Below are positions 55,898 to 58,945 of a DNA stretch of 58,945 bases, in pieces. The stretch lies in contig CAYWJN010000004.1 of the NCBI GenBank assembly GCA_964457455.1, positions 1-58,945 on the forward strand, given 5' to 3'. Position 1 is the first letter of the stretch. Each line of letters begins with the position of its first letter. Source of the DNA: an uncultured Candidatus Cloacimonadota bacterium. Lineage in GTDB: Bacteria; Cloacimonadota; Cloacimonadia; Cloacimonadales; TCS61. The notes beneath the pieces are model-generated. The model worked only from the letters and a program-made list of their open reading frames with translations. It had not been told where the DNA came from and ran no database searches. The position numbers and the translations under genes are program-made.

Positions 55898-58237
55898 CTA
55901 TTTTAACAAAAGCATCTTCCGAATTTGAGAAAATGAATTTGTTTTTAACCGGTAGAAATATAAACCTGAACTGACCGGCTTATTCTGGTTATCTGTACCA
56001 TTCCATATTACCTGATGATAACCTGCATTTTTGAAATCATCGATTAAGGTTTTTACTTTTTGACCCTTTGTATTGAAAATTTCAATTTGGACATTCGAAT
56101 TTTCGTTTAAGTTGTATTCAATTGTAGTTTCTGGATTGAAGGGGTTGGGATAATTTTCAGATAATGAACAATCCGATATGTTCTGTGACAGCAGATTATC
56201 ATTCACACTGGTGGAAATAATTTCCAGTTGATTGTTCCAATAAGAATATCCACCGTTTGGACATTGTGAGTCAAAGTAGACACCTACATAATATAATCCA
56301 GGAGTTAGATCAGACACATTTGAAAGATTTTGAGTAATGTATTCCCACCCGGACTGTCCTGGACTCAGTGTGACATAATCCGAACCGACATAGTAATCTG
56401 ATTGTGAAATGTAGGTGTTTTCAGACAGGTAATACTCTATCAGCACATTGTAGGCAGGGGCAGTTCCGTTGTTTGTGATTTCTGCGTCAATGGTTAAAAC
56501 TGCATCAATTGCGCAAGGATTAGGTGAAAAACTACCTCCTGTAAGATCTAAATCGATATAACCAGGTTGGATTACCTCAAGTTGTTGATTACTAAAAAAA
56601 CCATATCCACCATTTGGACCTTGTGCGTCAAAGTAGACACCGACATAATAGAACCCAGTAGTTAGCCCAGACACATTTGAAAGATTTTCAGTAATATATT
56701 CCCATCCATACTGTCCAGGATTCAGGGTGACATAATCCGAACCTACATAGTAATCTGATTGAGATATTATTGTATTTGTAGAAAGATAATACTCTATAAG
56801 AACATTGTTGGCAGGGGCAGTTCCGTTGTTGAAGATTTCTGCATCAATAGTAAAATCTGCATCAATTGCGCAGGGATTTGGCGAAAAACTTCCTCCTGTA
56901 AGGGCTAAATCGATATTACCGACTGGGGTAACTTCAAGCTGAGTTGTCCAATACCAATAGCCGCCATAAGAACCCTGTGCGTCCATATAAACACCTACAT
57001 AATATAATCCGGGAGTTAGATCAGACACATTTGAAAGATTTTGAGTAATGTATTCCCACCCGGACTGTCCAGGACTCAGGGTGACATAATCCGAACCGAC
57101 ATAGTAATCTGATTGAGATATTATAGTATTTGTAGAAAGATAATACTCTATAAGAATATTGTTTGCAGGGGCAGTTCCGTTGTTGGTGATTTCTGCATCA
57201 ATAGATAAATCTGCATCAATTGCGCAGGGATTTGGTGAAAAACTTCCTCCTGTAAGGTCTAAATTTACATTTCCAGGTGGGACATCTTTTTCAATTAAAA
57301 TATCATCAACATAAGCCCCCATATAATTATGAATAGAACCATCGCTTATAAATTTCCACTTCACCCAAACTTGTGGTTCTCCTGTAAGATTACCTATAGT
57401 AGGTACATTTGTTAAATCAAAATTATAAGATGTCCATCCACCACTATTTCCACTAACCTGATAACCATACCAATTGTTATTATTAACAGAAGCAAACCAT
57501 TGAAGATAATCGTAATTATATTCAGAATCAAGCCAATAATGAAACAACACTTGGGCATCACTCGCATCGCTAAGATCAAAAGGACCATATTTCATATTTG
57601 CATTCATATTATCAAGATATTGACTTCCTAAGGCAGGTAAGCCTTGTGATCCTCCATCTGCACACCACGCACTCCAATTTCCATTATGCGACAAATAACT
57701 TTGATCATCCCAATATGCATCCGGACCTGATGCTGCATAGCACTGCCAAAAAGTATTAGGAAATGACCCTTCAAAGTTTTCTGCACATATTGTTTCCCAG
57801 TCTCGTGTTCCACTAATCGGATCATTCTTGCTCTTCATATTTATTTTAGTTAGATCATTATCATTTGAAGGGAGATTTTTTTTTGTTGATACTCCAATCA
57901 AATTAACTGGTACAGGAGGTGAAAATAGATTTCTGGGATTTGTCTCCGACTTAGGATTTTTTTTTATCTCATATTGCATTCTATCCAGTGATGGGTCTTT
58001 TTTCGGTTCTAATAGATGTTCCTTTCTATTCCCCTGAATTATTTCACTACAAGGTGAAATTACTTCACCCTCTGTTGCATTTCCTTGAATTATTTCATTT
58101 GTAGTCAGTGTTGTATCCTCTGGGCATGTGAAATTCTGATTTACAATCTGATGGTTCTGACCTGTAGAATCTGTTTGTCCAATACAGATTGTAAAAACGA
58201 TGACATTTATAACTAAAATCAAAACTAACTTTTTCAT
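55898..58237 (-). CDS. Secreted protein: beta-sandwich (MAM/immune-inhibitor-like) domain, three CARDB-like repeats, FlgD-Ig/T9SS-like CTD
   Basis: Signal peptide; ENFEGSFP...SEYNYD...FISDG...GAYVDDI; three repeats of DL.LTGGSFSPNPC...NNGTAPA...YYLS...GLYYVGVY.D; LSENYPNPFNPETTIEY...KMLLLK. Confidence 0.85.
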   Translation of the reverse strand: MKKLVLILVINVIVFTICIGQTDSTGQNHQIVNQNFTCPEDTTLTTNEIIQGNATEGEVISPCSEIIQGNRKEHLLEPKKDPSLDRMQYEIKKNPKSETNPRNLFSPPVPVNLIGVSTKKNLPSNDNDLTKINMKSKNDPISGTRDWETICAENFEGSFPNTFWQCYAASGPDAYWDDQSYLSHNGNWSAWCADGGSQGLPALGSQYLDNMNANMKYGPFDLSDASDAQVLFHYWLDSEYNYDYLQWFASVNNNNWYGYQVSGNSGGWTSYNFDLTNVPTIGNLTGEPQVWVKWKFISDGSIHNYMGAYVDDILIEKDVPPGNVNLDLTGGSFSPNPCAIDADLSIDAEITNNGTAPANNILIEYYLSTNTIISQSDYYVGSDYVTLSPGQSGWEYITQNLSNVSDLTPGLYYVGVYMDAQGSYGGYWYWTTQLEVTPVGNIDLALTGGSFSPNPCAIDADFTIDAEIFNNGTAPANNVLIEYYLSTNTIISQSDYYVGSDYVTLNPGQYGWEYITENLSNVSGLTTGFYYVGVYFDAQGPNGGYGFFSNQQLEVIQPGYIDLDLTGGSFSPNPCAIDAVLTIDAEITNNGTAPAYNVLIEYYLSENTYISQSDYYVGSDYVTLSPGQSGWEYITQNLSNVSDLTPGLYYVGVYFDSQCPNGGYSYWNNQLEIISTSVNDNLLSQNISDCSLSENYPNPFNPETTIEYNLNENSNVQIEIFNTKGQKVKTLIDDFKNAGYHQVIWNGTDNQNKPVSSGLYFYRLKTNSFSQIRKMLLLK

Positions 58238-58306
58238 CTTTCCCTCCTTGTTATTTGAATGTTTTATATTTCATAATTATTTAACCAAAGCTGTTTTTTT
58301 TATTGA

Positions 58307-58522
58307 TTATTCATCCTTTGTGAATCTTAATTTTGACATTTCAAAGTTTCCATTAATATCAAAAAAGTCATGAACTTTAGTAGTTCCTAATTTATCTTCT
58401 TTTAACGGTGTAGTTATATGGAATTCATTTGAATCCGGTTTGTGAGAAATGTGAATCCCATTTTTCATACCTTTTATCCCCATTCCTTTTTTTGTGAAAC
58501 TGTTAAAGAAATTTTTATCCAT
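58307..58522 (-). CDS. Hypothetical 71-aa protein
   Basis: AGGAGG RBS 7 nt before the ATG, co-oriented with the downstream secreted protein; no family recognised. Confidence 0.55.
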   Translation of the reverse strand: MDKNFFNSFTKKGMGIKGMKNGIHISHKPDSNEFHITTPLKEDKLGTTKVHDFFDINGNFEMSKLRFTKDE

Positions 58523-58820
58523 TTTGTTTTCCTCCTTTTTTCCTTTTATTTTTTTTTTAACTCACAATTTACTATTCCTGCAAAACTTGTGCCAAAAAAG
58601 AAAATGCCCATTTTATGCAGGTTCACAGAAATTTGGGGATAATTTATTTAATTTTTGTCTCATTTCATCCACAATTTTGTGGCAGAAAATCCACAGAAAG
58701 AAAGGAAAAAGGAAAAAGGAGAAAGGAAAAATAACTTACTCTTCTGTTATATTACTCTAAGTAATTATTTAGGAATAAAGACTATTGCTTTTATTACACA
58801 ATTAATTATATTTATCTTTT

Positions 58821-58839
58821 GACTCCGCTCAGGATGACA
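58821..58839 (-). repeat. Partial GTCAT-tagged REP
   Basis: Minus strand tgtcatcctgagcggagtc. Confidence 0.45.
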
Positions 58840-58945
58840 AATTGGTTTTTGGAACTGAATTTGCAAAATATAATTGACAGATGAATTCGGGGAATATCAA
58901 ATAGGCTTGTAAAAATTTTAACCTTTAAATTTAGTAAAGCTTGAA

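Noticed and set aside
58442-58760. Plus-strand ORFs near the window end
   Set aside because: Low-complexity Phe/Lys-rich translations overlapping the minus-strand small gene and poly-A/T tracts.

Overview
AT-rich bacterial chromosomal window, probably from an anaerobic diderm of the FCB neighbourhood. Candidatus Cloacimonadota is my best guess, inferred from two secreted proteins ending in the NYPNPFNP...FlgD-Ig-type C-terminal domain and from overall gene content. Most of the window is housekeeping: SNF2 helicase, yigZ, queE, ferredoxin-fused etfA, lepA, membrane pyrophosphatase, 4 tRNAs, RNase E/G, rplU-rpmA, coaE-cdaA-folP, two fused shikimate genes, pdp, and rpmF-plsX-fabH-fabD-fabG-acpP-fabF-rnc. 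The standout is a five-gene, apparently coupled operon at 16340-22461. It encodes three exported proteins carrying 2x[4Fe-4S]-ferredoxin-type Cys motifs, a predicted outer-membrane beta-barrel, and a DsbD/CcdA-like membrane protein with conserved cysteines. One of the exported proteins is a 1053-aa lipoprotein with a ferredoxin domain at each end of eight FN3-like repeats. This looks like a candidate heme-free envelope redox system that I do not recognise as described. Other signals: a degenerate integron attC site with cassette-like cargo and tandem operators (9.6-11.1 kb), a decayed tRNA-fMet duplicate, a frameshifted histidine-kinase remnant, a HEPN/MNT pair inside the fab operon, a toxin-antitoxin cluster with a truncated PIN gene, and several families of intergenic palindromic or short repeats. 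No CRISPR array, rRNA, integrase or transposase was seen. No database searches were run, so all family calls come from motif recognition.
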